Assembly: GCA_963663165.1 (NCBI GenBank)
Contig: OY760175.1
Span: 5,408,001 to 5,472,000, forward strand
From: an uncultured Desulfospira sp.
GTDB lineage: Bacteria > Desulfobacterota > Desulfobacteria > Desulfobacterales > Desulfobacteraceae
Length of the DNA stretch: 64,000 nucleotides
Direction: 5' to 3'
Shown piece by piece: positions 29,216 through 40,058 of this stretch. The notes under the pieces are model-generated. The model was not told the origin of the DNA and did no database searches. It saw only the letters and a list, made by a program, of their open reading frames with translations. A program made the translations under genes and the position numbers. How positions within the stretch are numbered: the stretch's first letter is position 1; each line of letters opens with the position of its first letter.

Positions 29216-30583
29216 CTATTGTGGGATCTTGCTTCTAATTATAAAGATAGTGGACGCCCGGCTCACTGAGATGTCGATGCTTAATTCCATCATATCACAG
29301 GCCTTTTTGACAAGAGAGAGCCCTAATCCCGTATTCTGGGCCACCCCTTTTTCTGAAACATAGGGATCAAAGACCCGGTTGTTGCGCAACAGGTCCTCTG
29401 GGATCCCTCCGGCAAAATCTTTGAATGTAACAGTATCCCTGTCATAATCCACATCAATGGTCACTGCCGGATCCGGCACGGGGATGTTCCGGCGTTCATA
29501 AGCCTCTTTCGAGTTTAGTATCAGATTTTCAAAAATGATCTTCAGATACCCCCGGTCAGAGAGCCACAGCTTTGCCTCGCCCTCAAAAGAAACAGAAATT
29601 GTAACAGGACTCCAGCTTGTCAGTGTTTTAAAAAATTCTTTCAGGTCCACATCTTCAGGTTCAGGTCCTTGGTTTCTGGATAGACTGAGGATCACCTCCA
29701 TATCCCGGATAACCTGTTCCATTATTACCGGTTCTTTCATATCCGGGGCCTTTTTCCTGGTTCTGTCCACCAGGGAGGTGAGGCTGGATATCTTGGAGTT
29801 GACATCATGATCAAACCTGTGGAGCTGTTCCTGGACCGTAAGGCTGTCAATGAGCTGGCTTCGCCGTGTATGGGCAAAAGAATTTCCGGGATAGGCTTCA
29901 AGACTTTTATCCAGAAAATCCACAGCCCTGCGGGTCAAAAAATAGTAGTTTTGATCTTCGGCTTCAGGATCTGAATATGCCAGTTCCGAGAGAAGTAAAA
30001 ACAGGTTGGAACGGCTTCTGTCAAGATCATCGGCGTTTTGGGTCAGATCAAAGAAAAAATGGATCAGATTTTTGGTGTTGACCACATTCTGGTAATTATT
30101 TCCCCGGCGACGGAAATTGGCCCGCTCCCTGAAAATTTCCCTGATAATGACATCGTAAAAAAGCCTTGCATCCCGTTTGCCTTCAATGGTCAAAGCCTTT
30201 ATAAAGCCGGGAACAACATCCGCCAGCCAGGATTTCAGATGTGGTGCCTGACGGGTAAATGGATCATTGTTTTCCGTGAACCGAACCAGGCCCGTGTCAA
30301 TGGTGTAGTGGAGCAGTTCCTCTATGATATTGTTGGCCCATGTCACTGTATCCGTTTTTCGGGCAATGTCCAGATACTCAAAAAGACGGTTTTTAAACTG
30401 GGTGAACATGGCCTGTTCTTTTGAACGGGTATAAACAAAATAGATGCAGATCAGAATATTGTTCAGATTCCTGTAGCGGTATTCATCTGCAGGCGTACTG
30501 TCCAGGATCTCTTTATAGGCCCTGTAAGCCTTGTCATATTCCTTGGCCCTTAACAGGCTAAGGGCGTTTTGGGGATTTTCCAT
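29216..30583 (-). CDS. Cytoplasmic histidine kinase with a TPR-like N-terminus
   Basis: H box RFDHDVNSK; N box ENLILNSKEA; DFAGGIP; VFDPYVSEK; GLGLS. No TM segment seen. Confidence 0.85.
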   Translation of the reverse strand: MENPQNALSLLRAKEYDKAYRAYKEILDSTPADEYRYRNLNNILICIYFVYTRSKEQAMFTQFKNRLFEYLDIARKTDTVTWANNIIEELLHYTIDTGLVRFTENNDPFTRQAPHLKSWLADVVPGFIKALTIEGKRDARLFYDVIIREIFRERANFRRRGNNYQNVVNTKNLIHFFFDLTQNADDLDRSRSNLFLLLSELAYSDPEAEDQNYYFLTRRAVDFLDKSLEAYPGNSFAHTRRSQLIDSLTVQEQLHRFDHDVNSKISSLTSLVDRTRKKAPDMKEPVIMEQVIRDMEVILSLSRNQGPEPEDVDLKEFFKTLTSWSPVTISVSFEGEAKLWLSDRGYLKIIFENLILNSKEAYERRNIPVPDPAVTIDVDYDRDTVTFKDFAGGIPEDLLRNNRVFDPYVSEKGVAQNTGLGLSLVKKACDMMELSIDISVSRASTIFIIRSKIPQ

Positions 30584-32912
30584 ATTTTCTCTTCGGCTTT
30601 TTAATCATGAATTGGTCAATGGGATAATAGGTTACATGTGCCAGGCTTTCAAAGGGATTGACAGGAGAAAACAAAATAACCTGCTTGAATTCTTTCAGCC
30701 TGTCAAGAAGGGATAAGCTTTTAATGGTATTGTCGCAGATCAATACGGCCAGATGTGTTGCCTTTTCAGCAACGGCATTGTCCAGCAGGTTGTAAATAAT
30801 TTTTTCCTGGGACTCATTTTTTCCTGAGGCTTGCCATTGGATGCCCATTTGCTTTAATGTTTTCTCGTAATTTTCCGGAGGAGCGTTATGTAAAATGATG
30901 TGCTTTTTAATTAACGCTTTTCCTGAAGTTTTGTTAACGATTTTACCAAGTTCGCGGAACTCAATTTTGAATCCTCGAAGGGCCTGGGTGAACTGAATCT
31001 GAATGCCGCCCCTGCCGGCTGCAGGCCGGGGCGCCTTTTTTAGCGGCCGGTCCTTTAAAACGGAGAGGGCCTCGGCAAGACTTAACCGCATCCGGGGTAA
31101 GGGGTTGAGCAGGCCGAGCAGGACATCTTTGAGCTTGGATGAAACCGTCATATTCCGGACCAGGTTCTCATAATCTGTTTTCCGGGTCAGACACTTCTGG
31201 CTGTACAGGTCATATGTATGGGCCGGTTTAATGGATAAAAGAACGTGGATTCCGGCCAGGTAAGCCAGGCTTTTTTCTTTTTCCCAGGCCTGATGTTCCA
31301 CTACTTCCGGCGGAATAATGACCCGGCTGCCCACGACCCGGCTGATCAGGGGATTGAGGCCGAATGGAAACATATTTTCGGACAGCAGCAGCCAGTATTC
31401 AAATATAAAGGGGTTACCCAGGGTGTCGGTCAGGAGAGTCTGCTCCGAGATACCGATCATCCTGAAATTGAGTTTATCCAGGGACAAGAACAGATAAAGC
31501 GTTTTCTCCAGGCCGGATTGAATGATCCAGGATTCCTGCCGGCTGTTCCGCCCTTCTATAAAGCCGGGCATGTGAAGGATATGCCGGTTGTCCCGGACGG
31601 TCTCGATCAGTTCGGGGCAGAAGGTTAAGTTCATGGTAAGGTGGCGAACTGCATTGTCAAGAAGACTGTCCCTTAACTGGGCAGTCATGGGATCAGGCTC
31701 TAATCCGTCATGAACAAAAGTACTCCATGCCGGGATATTAAAAAAATTTTCCTGTTTGCTGGCGGGAATATTGAAAATCGGCTGCCCTGATGCTTCCAGA
31801 TCGCGGATATTTTTGGGGTCTGCGGTCCAGTCCGGACTGAGGCGATAGGGCTTGTCCGGTGTCTTGCGTGAATAAGCATACGCCGGACGTCCCTTTTTTT
31901 TAACCTTCCTCTGGGTCAGGGCAAAGGAAAATTCCTGCATGGTTGAATAGCGCCGGTCCGGATCCTTGTCCAATGCGGTTTTAAATACGGGAATCCAGAA
32001 CTCTTTTGACTCTTTTTGGGCCAGGGTCTCAAATGAATACCAGTCCAACCGGGTATTGCCGAAGCTGTCAACCCCGGGGGGCACCCCGGTAATCAGTTCA
32101 AATACGGAGACCGCCAGGGTGTACACATCCACGGCCGGACTTAAAAACATGGCCTGGTCGTGCCGCAGCTCCGGCGCACAGTATCCCGGTGTTGTGGTGA
32201 TGCCGCCCACAAGTCGGCCATCGACCTTTATGGCAAAACTGCCCATATCAATAAGCACAATCCGTTTGTCTTGAGTCAGCAGGACATTATCAGGCTTTAA
32301 ATCACAATAAAAAAATTCAAACAACCTGCCGCCGCTTTTATAAGGCTGATGAAAGCGGGAAAGCACATTGGCAATGCTTCGAATATAAAACTGTGCAAAT
32401 CCCAGGGGATTGCTTTTAATCTGGGGATGTTCCGGTTTTACAGGGCCGCCGGAAAAATAATTGATGACAAGGTAAGATTCCTTTGTGTACAGTTCCGGCT
32501 CTGCGTAAAAAGAATTCCCTGCCTGGTCAGTGTGGGGGCCAAACAGGTCAGGATTGATATCGGTGATAAGATCGAGAGGGACCGGGATGTTGGGAATTCC
32601 CCTGGCCCATCCATGTCGCATGGCACCGAATTCACGGTCCAGTGCCTTGCGTCTGAAGGGGATTTCGTTGAGTCGGTGTTTGTCATTTTTGTGTTCAAAC
32701 AGGACCGGTTCATAAAGGCAGCGTTTGATCAGCACTTTTTTGTTGTGTAATTGCGTGTCGTTTGCGATAAAAATGACGCCCATACCGCCTGCAGCCAGGA
32801 TATCACGGATTTTATAGCGGTTGTCCAGCATGCGTGGCACCTGAAAACGCCGACCGTTAAGATTCAGAACTGCAATCTCCCTGTCCAGGGCTGAATTAAA
32901 GGAAAATTTCAT
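30558..32912 (-). CDS. Hanks-type Ser/Thr protein kinase with a long C-terminal extension
   Basis: AGGMGVIF, VLIK, CDLKPDNV, IDMG, TPGYCAPE, DVYTL. Confidence 0.92.
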   Translation of the reverse strand: MKFSFNSALDREIAVLNLNGRRFQVPRMLDNRYKIRDILAAGGMGVIFIANDTQLHNKKVLIKRCLYEPVLFEHKNDKHRLNEIPFRRKALDREFGAMRHGWARGIPNIPVPLDLITDINPDLFGPHTDQAGNSFYAEPELYTKESYLVINYFSGGPVKPEHPQIKSNPLGFAQFYIRSIANVLSRFHQPYKSGGRLFEFFYCDLKPDNVLLTQDKRIVLIDMGSFAIKVDGRLVGGITTTPGYCAPELRHDQAMFLSPAVDVYTLAVSVFELITGVPPGVDSFGNTRLDWYSFETLAQKESKEFWIPVFKTALDKDPDRRYSTMQEFSFALTQRKVKKKGRPAYAYSRKTPDKPYRLSPDWTADPKNIRDLEASGQPIFNIPASKQENFFNIPAWSTFVHDGLEPDPMTAQLRDSLLDNAVRHLTMNLTFCPELIETVRDNRHILHMPGFIEGRNSRQESWIIQSGLEKTLYLFLSLDKLNFRMIGISEQTLLTDTLGNPFIFEYWLLLSENMFPFGLNPLISRVVGSRVIIPPEVVEHQAWEKEKSLAYLAGIHVLLSIKPAHTYDLYSQKCLTRKTDYENLVRNMTVSSKLKDVLLGLLNPLPRMRLSLAEALSVLKDRPLKKAPRPAAGRGGIQIQFTQALRGFKIEFRELGKIVNKTSGKALIKKHIILHNAPPENYEKTLKQMGIQWQASGKNESQEKIIYNLLDNAVAEKATHLAVLICDNTIKSLSLLDRLKEFKQVILFSPVNPFESLAHVTYYPIDQFMIKKPKRKYGKSPKRP

Positions 32913-32913
32913 C

Positions 32914-33942
32914 TCAAACCTCCACAACAGTCAGAACCAGGTCTGCCACGCTGATCCGGCCGCCTGCTTTCAATACAGCGGTCTGGCCGGGAAATAGATC
33001 CTGGCCTGCATATTCCACACGGTGGGAGCCAATGTTTTTCATCATCAGATATTCTCCGCTTATCCAGATTTTTAAATGATTTCTGGAAATAGCCTGTGTC
33101 TGGCTGCTGAACTGGCCCAGGTCAAGATCCACCACCTTCCCGGATCTGCTTTTTTTCCCTACAAGCAGGCTTCTGGCCGGGGGAATGGGAATCGTACGGT
33201 TGTGCCCACTGATTTCAAGCCCGCAGGCCACAGTGGTTTTTGGCCACTCTTTTGGGGGACCATCCTGCTCCTGGGAATGGGAAGCTTTTGCGCTTCCGGT
33301 TTCAGGAGGCTGTACCGGCATCAACGGCTGTCCGGAATTTTGATCTGGCATCTTTATTTGTTTCGGCCGGGGTGCTGCCTTAGGCGGTTTTGCCGGATCA
33401 GGTCCGGACCGGTCTTTGGCCGGTGCAACGGACTGAATCAGGATTTCCTGTTCAGCCCGGTCTGCAGGTTGGCAGCAAAGGGTATAAATGCCGGAAGGCA
33501 GGTTTTCGATATATACACCGCGGGCGGTCACGGTCAGGTGGTTGTCAAACCCGGGATCGGAAAATGACCACAGGGTGTTTGCCGGCAATTGCGCTGTGCC
33601 GGGAATCTCCAGCCTTTCCCCGGGTGCGGTTTTCAGTACCCCGGGCATGGGAAACGTATCAGCACCGGAAGGCGTCTGTACGGCAGCGTCCCTTGCCTGA
33701 CTGTCCTCTTCCCGGCGAATTTCAATTTTGATTTCCCCGGATTCACCGGTCTCCTCCACAGTATACCGCAGGACTCTTTGGGGATTTGCCAGGGCCGGGG
33801 GCTCTGGGGTGAGCCTGATTCCCTTTGCTGTAATCCCGATATCCATATGGGCGTCATTGTCAATCTCCCATTCCAGATTTCCGGACAGTCCGGACGGAGA
33901 AGCAATAAGGCAGGATTGGTTGACATAGATTATTTCAGCCAT
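32914..33942 (-). CDS. FHA-domain protein with a Pro-rich linker
   Basis: C-terminal LLVGKKS...DLDL...ISRNHLKI...N pattern. Confidence 0.75.
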   Translation of the reverse strand: MAEIIYVNQSCLIASPSGLSGNLEWEIDNDAHMDIGITAKGIRLTPEPPALANPQRVLRYTVEETGESGEIKIEIRREEDSQARDAAVQTPSGADTFPMPGVLKTAPGERLEIPGTAQLPANTLWSFSDPGFDNHLTVTARGVYIENLPSGIYTLCCQPADRAEQEILIQSVAPAKDRSGPDPAKPPKAAPRPKQIKMPDQNSGQPLMPVQPPETGSAKASHSQEQDGPPKEWPKTTVACGLEISGHNRTIPIPPARSLLVGKKSRSGKVVDLDLGQFSSQTQAISRNHLKIWISGEYLMMKNIGSHRVEYAGQDLFPGQTAVLKAGGRISVADLVLTVVEV

Positions 33943-33952
33943 AAATGAACTC

Positions 33953-35269
33953 CTAGTAGATTGGGGTGTCAGAATATTGGCTTGAATGAATCCTGGACCT
34001 TACTGACGACCTTGAAGAGGTATAGGCGATATCATTGAGATCCGCCTGGGTAAGGTTCTGGTCCCTCATCAGTTTGTTTTTCATCTCCCTGAATCCTGTG
34101 GCCTTGTCGTAATCTCCGATTTGTTCCGCCAGTGAGGCCATAGCTTCAAGGCGAAGTGCTGCCTCATCGTATTTTTTCTGATCGATGAGCTTGAACACTT
34201 CATTCTGGTTAACCAGTATCTCAATATCTTTGTATCCGGCATCAATGCTGGAGTCCATGATCTCTTCGGCAGAAGTGTCGGCAAAATTCAGATAAAGCGG
34301 CAAATCAACTTCTTTTCCGGCAATATTCCGGCTGGGGCAGTCAAAATGAATGACGGCCCTGCCAATTTTCATGCTGGCAGTGTCCGGGGTGTCCAGGGTG
34401 AAATCAAAGAGGAATTCCTTGAATCCCTGCTGTTCAATATCCCCGGCATTAATTTGCACCAGGGTGCCTTTATCACTTTGATGAATAAAATCGTGCAGGT
34501 TTTTCTGCTCAGGTTCGTGCATATAAAAATGGACATCCCTGACCATGTTTTCCAGGTGAATATTGATGAACACCTTTTTTAAAAACAGGTTGGATAACTG
34601 GGTGTAAATCTGGGAGAATACTTTGGGTGCAGGCATGTTGGGGGTGATGTTTTCGGTCAGGGACCCTGAAAAATCTGAAAACTGCTTCATAAAATCAAAT
34701 TTAAACGTCTCCCCGATCCCCATGGCATCGGTTGTAATCCCGGACTGCGCCAGGGCTTTGCAGGTCTCAAACGCCTTTTGATTATTCCCGGTATAGGCAT
34801 GGCCGTCAGTTAGAAAAATAAGTTTGTAATGGCCTTTGGCTCCTTTGCTTGTGACGGATCGGGCCATATTCATGGCAGCTTCGAAATTGGTTGCACCGTT
34901 ATCTTTCAAATAGCTGTCCAAAGCGGTTATTAAAACAGATTTTGCCCCGCCCGGGGCATGATCGGCATGGACAATGGCCTGGGAATTAAATGACACCAGG
35001 GTCACCGTATCCTGGGTTTCCACCTGTTCAAACAGGGTCTGGACAGCCTGGAACACCGCATCCCGTTTGATCATGCCGGTATCGTAATACGCCTCGTCCA
35101 TGGACGCGCTGCTGTCCAGCAGAAAAACCAGGTTGGTTTTTTCTTTCTGCAAGGGGTTTTCCCGGGTTCCGGCCAGGATCTGCAGCCTGGCCCTGACAGT
35201 TTGATCCATCTGGTTTTTGATTATTCTGTCCCGGTTGAACTCAAGCGCTGTTTCCAGTTCGTATCCCAT
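33953..35269 (-). CDS. von Willebrand factor A domain protein
   Basis: MIDAS LLDSSASM, GATNF, FLTDG. Confidence 0.9.
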   Translation of the reverse strand: MGYELETALEFNRDRIIKNQMDQTVRARLQILAGTRENPLQKEKTNLVFLLDSSASMDEAYYDTGMIKRDAVFQAVQTLFEQVETQDTVTLVSFNSQAIVHADHAPGGAKSVLITALDSYLKDNGATNFEAAMNMARSVTSKGAKGHYKLIFLTDGHAYTGNNQKAFETCKALAQSGITTDAMGIGETFKFDFMKQFSDFSGSLTENITPNMPAPKVFSQIYTQLSNLFLKKVFINIHLENMVRDVHFYMHEPEQKNLHDFIHQSDKGTLVQINAGDIEQQGFKEFLFDFTLDTPDTASMKIGRAVIHFDCPSRNIAGKEVDLPLYLNFADTSAEEIMDSSIDAGYKDIEILVNQNEVFKLIDQKKYDEAALRLEAMASLAEQIGDYDKATGFREMKNKLMRDQNLTQADLNDIAYTSSRSSVRSRIHSSQYSDTPIY

Positions 35270-35287
35270 ATGTCCTCCCTTCTGGCT

Positions 35288-37000
35288 TTAATTCTGTGGT
35301 TTTTTCTTTAATTTTACCCATGGTTTCTTTTCTTCGGCACTCATGGTTGAATCCGGCCCCGGCCCGGTTTTGGACCTGGGCTCCCCGGTATCCGGCATTT
35401 GTTCGGCCCGCCGGCCGGTGAGGACCACCAGGGTAATGTTATCAACCCCGGCGGCCTCATCCGCCGCACGGCCCATTTGTCTGGCAATTCCGGCCGATGT
35501 ATTGTCATGGGAGGCCGCCCGGGTAAAGGCCTTTAAAATGTCCTGTTCGTTTTCAAATTCATTCCGGGTGGTGCCCAGGCTGTCAATGAGCCCGTCGGTT
35601 GCGGCGATAAAAGATGCTCCCGGTTCTGGATACAGTTCAATAAAAGAGATCTGATCATCCGGCCGGACCGGGATATATTTTTTACTTTTGCTGTCCAGTT
35701 CGGCCAGGGGGATAACCCGGTCCAGGTGGCTGTCATTTTCTTCACCCCCGAAGGCCGGGAGGGCCGGGTTGTCTATATAGGCTGCAATCCGCCGGGCCAG
35801 GATGTTATGCTCTTCATTGAGTCGCATAAGCCGGCCCCCGGCGATGTAGAAAATGTGGGAGTCTCCCAGGTGGCCGAATACGGCCCGGTTTTGGTTTACC
35901 ATGCCCAGGATTATGGTGGCGCTCATGGGCAGGGCTTCCGGAGATACTCTTTTGATGTCGGCTTCCCGGTTCAGACGTTCCGTACATGTCTGGTTGATAT
36001 CGGCCATCAGTTCAATGATTTTGCTGCGGCATGTTTTCATCCACAGCTCTGATGCCTCTTTCCCGGTTTCTTCCATAAATGCCAGAAGCTCTTGTTTTTT
36101 AAGTTCCAGGGTTTCCATGATCAGGTTGGCGATCATTTTACCGTTTCCAATATCTGCCGCAGATACCCCGTCCGATACCATGACCAGCATTGATTTTTTG
36201 TCTGGTGTTGCGATCAGGTGGTAGGCATCCTCATTTTGCACAGCCTTTTTCTTTCTGCCCTGTTCTGTATGAAATCCCGCATCCCATACCAGAGCACAAA
36301 CCGGGGCCGGGACACAAACGGAATTTGTTTGTGCCTCAAAAAGGCCGGTAACGATTTCCCGGCAGGTGCCGGGCGTATGGGCATTGTGAAAAATCGACCT
36401 GAGCCTGTATTTTTCTTCAGGCAGCAGGCCCAGTTTCATCAGGGCCACGGCAAGCCAGTGTTCAGGGGAAAGCCGGGTAAGGGGAGGAAGCTGGGGATAG
36501 AGCATCTTCACCATAAACCGGACAAAGGCCTCCCGGGTCATTGCAGGGCTGATCATGTCCGGCTTAATCATCCCCGAGTTGAGCCGGGGGGGCAGATCCA
36601 GGTTATAAGCCTGTTTCACACCGGACGGAATGCGCTTTGCATCCGTTGCCGTATACGCGTCAAACTCAAACCAGTCGACAACTATCTGGTCTTTTTCCGT
36701 GATAAACAGTTTGTCATGGGGAATGATAAACCAGAACCGGTTGTTCTCCGCCATCCGATCCAGAAAGTCAGCAAGCAGGAGAAACAACCCCTTCCGATCT
36801 TCGGATCCTGTGCAGGCTTCCAGGCGTTCTTTGAACAGGGAGATCTCCAGGTCAGGGTCATTAATTATGCTTTCCCGGGGGATGCCTTCCGTTTTCTGAT
36901 AGTTGGAAATGCCGTATTCAAGCAGCAGGTCATCTGCCTCACCGGTACTGTCCTGTGATGTTTCAGCCAGATTCCTCTTGAAAAAATCTTTAAACTTCAT
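35288..37000 (-). CDS. PP2C/PPM-family protein phosphatase with an N-terminal extension
   Basis: QNEDA, VSDGVS, HLGDS, ATDGL, DNIT. Confidence 0.9.
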   Translation of the reverse strand: MKFKDFFKRNLAETSQDSTGEADDLLLEYGISNYQKTEGIPRESIINDPDLEISLFKERLEACTGSEDRKGLFLLLADFLDRMAENNRFWFIIPHDKLFITEKDQIVVDWFEFDAYTATDAKRIPSGVKQAYNLDLPPRLNSGMIKPDMISPAMTREAFVRFMVKMLYPQLPPLTRLSPEHWLAVALMKLGLLPEEKYRLRSIFHNAHTPGTCREIVTGLFEAQTNSVCVPAPVCALVWDAGFHTEQGRKKKAVQNEDAYHLIATPDKKSMLVMVSDGVSAADIGNGKMIANLIMETLELKKQELLAFMEETGKEASELWMKTCRSKIIELMADINQTCTERLNREADIKRVSPEALPMSATIILGMVNQNRAVFGHLGDSHIFYIAGGRLMRLNEEHNILARRIAAYIDNPALPAFGGEENDSHLDRVIPLAELDSKSKKYIPVRPDDQISFIELYPEPGASFIAATDGLIDSLGTTRNEFENEQDILKAFTRAASHDNTSAGIARQMGRAADEAAGVDNITLVVLTGRRAEQMPDTGEPRSKTGPGPDSTMSAEEKKPWVKLKKKPQN

Positions 37001-37571
37001 TGATGCGTTCCCTCAGCATGGTAATGGTTTCCTGTTTTTTCCGGGTCATGATCCTGATTTTATCCTCCAGTCCTGAGATCATGTCGGCACACTGCACAAG
37101 CTCCCGGGATACCTCGTCCATGTTCCGGCCCATATACTCCAGGGTTTTAAATTTCCCGGCCAGGGTTTCCAGTTCCGGTCCGGGGATGTGGAGCTGATAG
37201 GCCAGTTTTTCAATCTGCCCCAGCACTTCAGCCCGGTCTTTGAGTTCGGACAGGGGTTGGTCTGCTGCGTTGTACTCCTGTTCCAGGGCGCTGTTCTTTG
37301 ATTTCAGGGCGGCAATTTCCTGTTGACGTTCAGCCAGAAGGGCAGCCTGATTTTCAGCATGATCTGACAACGTCTTTGTTCGGGTCAGCAGCAGGTATTT
37401 GACCAGGGAGACCACCGGTTCTATCTGCCGGTCCAGGCCGGGACCCGAAACCCGGGTCAGGTCGGGCAGTGTTTTTATGCAGTGGGCAATGATGCCCAAA
37501 AGGTAATCTGCCTGTCCGTTTTCGTTCAAATGTGCTGTCTTTTCATCAATCTGTGAGGGTATCAGGTCCAT
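36990..37571 (-). CDS. Coiled-coil hypothetical protein
   Basis: 193 aa, heptad-rich, overlaps both neighbours. Confidence 0.7.
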   Translation of the reverse strand: MDLIPSQIDEKTAHLNENGQADYLLGIIAHCIKTLPDLTRVSGPGLDRQIEPVVSLVKYLLLTRTKTLSDHAENQAALLAERQQEIAALKSKNSALEQEYNAADQPLSELKDRAEVLGQIEKLAYQLHIPGPELETLAGKFKTLEYMGRNMDEVSRELVQCADMISGLEDKIRIMTRKKQETITMLRERINEV

Positions 37572-40057
37572 TCAGTTTCCACCTTTTTAATATGGGCCGG
37601 TGTGATGCATACCGTGTGTGCATCCAGGTCCGCGTCGGCCACGGCAGCCCCTTTTAGTTTTTCAATAAAACTTCTGACAAAGCGGGCATTGGCAAAATTG
37701 TTTCCCTCAATTGTGCGTATCCGTTCAAAAACCGGGATAAGCATCTCAGCTTTAAGCAGGCTAAAATCATATACGGCCCCAATGCCGGAGGTTTTCAAAA
37801 AAAAGATCTGTGCCAGTTCCTCAGCAGAATAATCCGGAAAGTCCAGAATCCGGTCAAACCGCCCTCTAAGCCCGGAATCATGGTCAAAAAGCGCTGTTAT
37901 CTTGTCAGGATACCCGGCAAAAATCAGGCAGAGCCGGCTGCGGTTGTCCTCCATGAACGGAAGAATGGTATTAAGGGCACTTTCTCCATAAGAACTGCGG
38001 TTCGGCCCCGGTGCGAGTTGATGGGCCTCGTCAATGAACAGCACCCCGTCCAGGGACTGATTCAGAATCCGGTTTGTTCTGTTTTCGGTTTCTCCCTGGT
38101 ATTGTCCTATTAGCTGCGAGGCTGTATGGGCATTGAGCTTTGCAGAATTTAAAAGTCCCATGCGAAAGAACTGCTTTGCCATCTGCCTTGCTGCAATGGT
38201 TTTGCCTGTACCCGGGCTTCCCTGGAAAATGTAGTGGCCGGGGACAGTTTTTTCTTTTTCCAGGCGGGCCTGCTTCTCAAAATTCACCAGGAACCCTTTT
38301 ATATTTCCAAGTCCGACAAGGGTGTTGATGTCGTCCTCCTGCTGCCGGCGAGCTTCAAACAGCTTTGGCATTTCAAAATGTGATGTGGACAGGGTTGGGG
38401 AAGAATTTGCCCTGGCGTTCTGCAGGGCTGTTTCAATCTGATTGATTACCACACCGGCATTGCCGAAATGATTTGCACCAAACAGTTCCCTTTGATCCAG
38501 CAGATTGGTGCAGAACAGCGTGACTTTTTCCTTAAGGTCGGCTTCCGGATGCAAGGGACTGTTATTGAGGTGCTGCATCATGATTTCAGCCAGCTCCTGT
38601 GCGGAATAATCAGGCAGGTCAATATATGATATCCGCCTGGCACATCCGGGATTTGTATTCAGCATGGCCCGTGTTTCATCGGGATAACCTGCAAAGATAA
38701 CCATGAACCTGCCTTGAAAATCGGACATGGCCTTTACCAGTTCGGCCAGGGCTTCAGTGCCGAAACTGTCCCGGTCATCATTGACCAGTTCATAGGCCTC
38801 ATCAATAAAAAGTACACCTCCCAACGCTTTTTCCACCAGGGCTCTGGTTTTTCCGGCTGACTGGCCCATGTATCCGGCCACAAGTTTTTCACGGGTGGCC
38901 TCAACCATGTGACCGGATTCCAGGAGTCCCTCTTCCTTTAAAATCTTTCCTATGAGCCTTGCCACTGTTGTTTTTCCGGTGCCGGGATTTCCTAACAGCG
39001 CCAGATGGGGGATGGCCGGCAGGGTTCCGGCCTTGATCCGCCGGAACCGGTCAGGGGTCAGCGGCTGATCCGATTCAAATTCAGGTGTTTTCTTTTCAAT
39101 CCCCCGGACCAGCCGGGTGACGGTCTCTTTAACCCGGGTCAGGCCTGTCATGGAACGAAGCTGGTCAAAGGCTGCGGGCATGCCTGATTGAAGTCCGTAA
39201 ACCTGTCGGAGGTGATCGAAAAACGCTTCTTCTTCACCCATGTACTGCACCAGATTTTTTATGGACTCTCCACGATGGCGCATGGCACCGGCAACGGAGG
39301 GGGACAGGCTGTCAAAATCATTGAAGGCCGGGACACATCCTTTTTCCAGTCCGTGAAGTGCCATGGCCCTGAAAACTTCATCCCGGCCGGCCGTTTCCAC
39401 CCGGACCACCCGGGCCGATCCCGAGGCTGCCCTTTTGCCGGGTTCCAGAGAAAAAACAAAATCCAGGCCAAGGCGCATGAACCGTCTTGCCACGGAAGCC
39501 TCATCATCTCCGTCCACCCAGATCCAGATATTTCTGCAGGCACCGGGCAGGGAAAAAATACTGTTTCTGAGCAACCCCTGGATCTGTATTCCAATATCCG
39601 ATGCCGGGGGCAGCTTTTCAAACAGGGCACCGTCATAAACCACAAAGGCCAGGTGCCGCCCGGGATCAGAAAGATGGGCTGTCATAAACTGGGCAATCTC
39701 ATTAATGTCCCCGTCATAGGTATACCTTAACCGCCCCCGGGGAGTGCTTGGGCTTTTGGACGGGGGGGATTTCATGGTAAGGCCCATGGGGGCGTGCTTG
39801 AGTTTATCCAGACCCTTGGCCGGGCGATGCGTTTTCTTTTCTTTGCGGGATCTGAGGTGGTCAAGGCTATGGGCGTCAAAATAGTAAAGTCCCCTGGCAT
39901 CCAGAAAGGCCACTGCTTTATACCCCAATTCACAGGTGAGATACCAGTAAAGGTAATGGTCAAGCTGGATACGGGAATTGTCCTTTAAGATAAACTCATC
40001 CCGGACATGTCCGAGAATAAGAAACAGGCGGTCCGCGTAGTTTTTTAACGCTTTCAT
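37562..40057 (-). CDS. Tandem AAA+ ATPase (CbbX/SpoVK/EccA-like)
   Basis: GNPGTGKT/LFIDEAY and GSPGTGKT/LFIDEAH, IFAGYP twice, PDYS twice. Confidence 0.92.
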   Translation of the reverse strand: MKALKNYADRLFLILGHVRDEFILKDNSRIQLDHYLYWYLTCELGYKAVAFLDARGLYYFDAHSLDHLRSRKEKKTHRPAKGLDKLKHAPMGLTMKSPPSKSPSTPRGRLRYTYDGDINEIAQFMTAHLSDPGRHLAFVVYDGALFEKLPPASDIGIQIQGLLRNSIFSLPGACRNIWIWVDGDDEASVARRFMRLGLDFVFSLEPGKRAASGSARVVRVETAGRDEVFRAMALHGLEKGCVPAFNDFDSLSPSVAGAMRHRGESIKNLVQYMGEEEAFFDHLRQVYGLQSGMPAAFDQLRSMTGLTRVKETVTRLVRGIEKKTPEFESDQPLTPDRFRRIKAGTLPAIPHLALLGNPGTGKTTVARLIGKILKEEGLLESGHMVEATREKLVAGYMGQSAGKTRALVEKALGGVLFIDEAYELVNDDRDSFGTEALAELVKAMSDFQGRFMVIFAGYPDETRAMLNTNPGCARRISYIDLPDYSAQELAEIMMQHLNNSPLHPEADLKEKVTLFCTNLLDQRELFGANHFGNAGVVINQIETALQNARANSSPTLSTSHFEMPKLFEARRQQEDDINTLVGLGNIKGFLVNFEKQARLEKEKTVPGHYIFQGSPGTGKTIAARQMAKQFFRMGLLNSAKLNAHTASQLIGQYQGETENRTNRILNQSLDGVLFIDEAHQLAPGPNRSSYGESALNTILPFMEDNRSRLCLIFAGYPDKITALFDHDSGLRGRFDRILDFPDYSAEELAQIFFLKTSGIGAVYDFSLLKAEMLIPVFERIRTIEGNNFANARFVRSFIEKLKGAAVADADLDAHTVCITPAHIKKVETEWT

Positions 40058-40058
40058 C

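Noticed and set aside
30558..37000. Type VI secretion PpkA/PppA/Fha module or canonical TerY-P
   Set aside because: No T6SS structural genes are present. Gene sizes, order and extra partners differ from the three-gene TerY-P.
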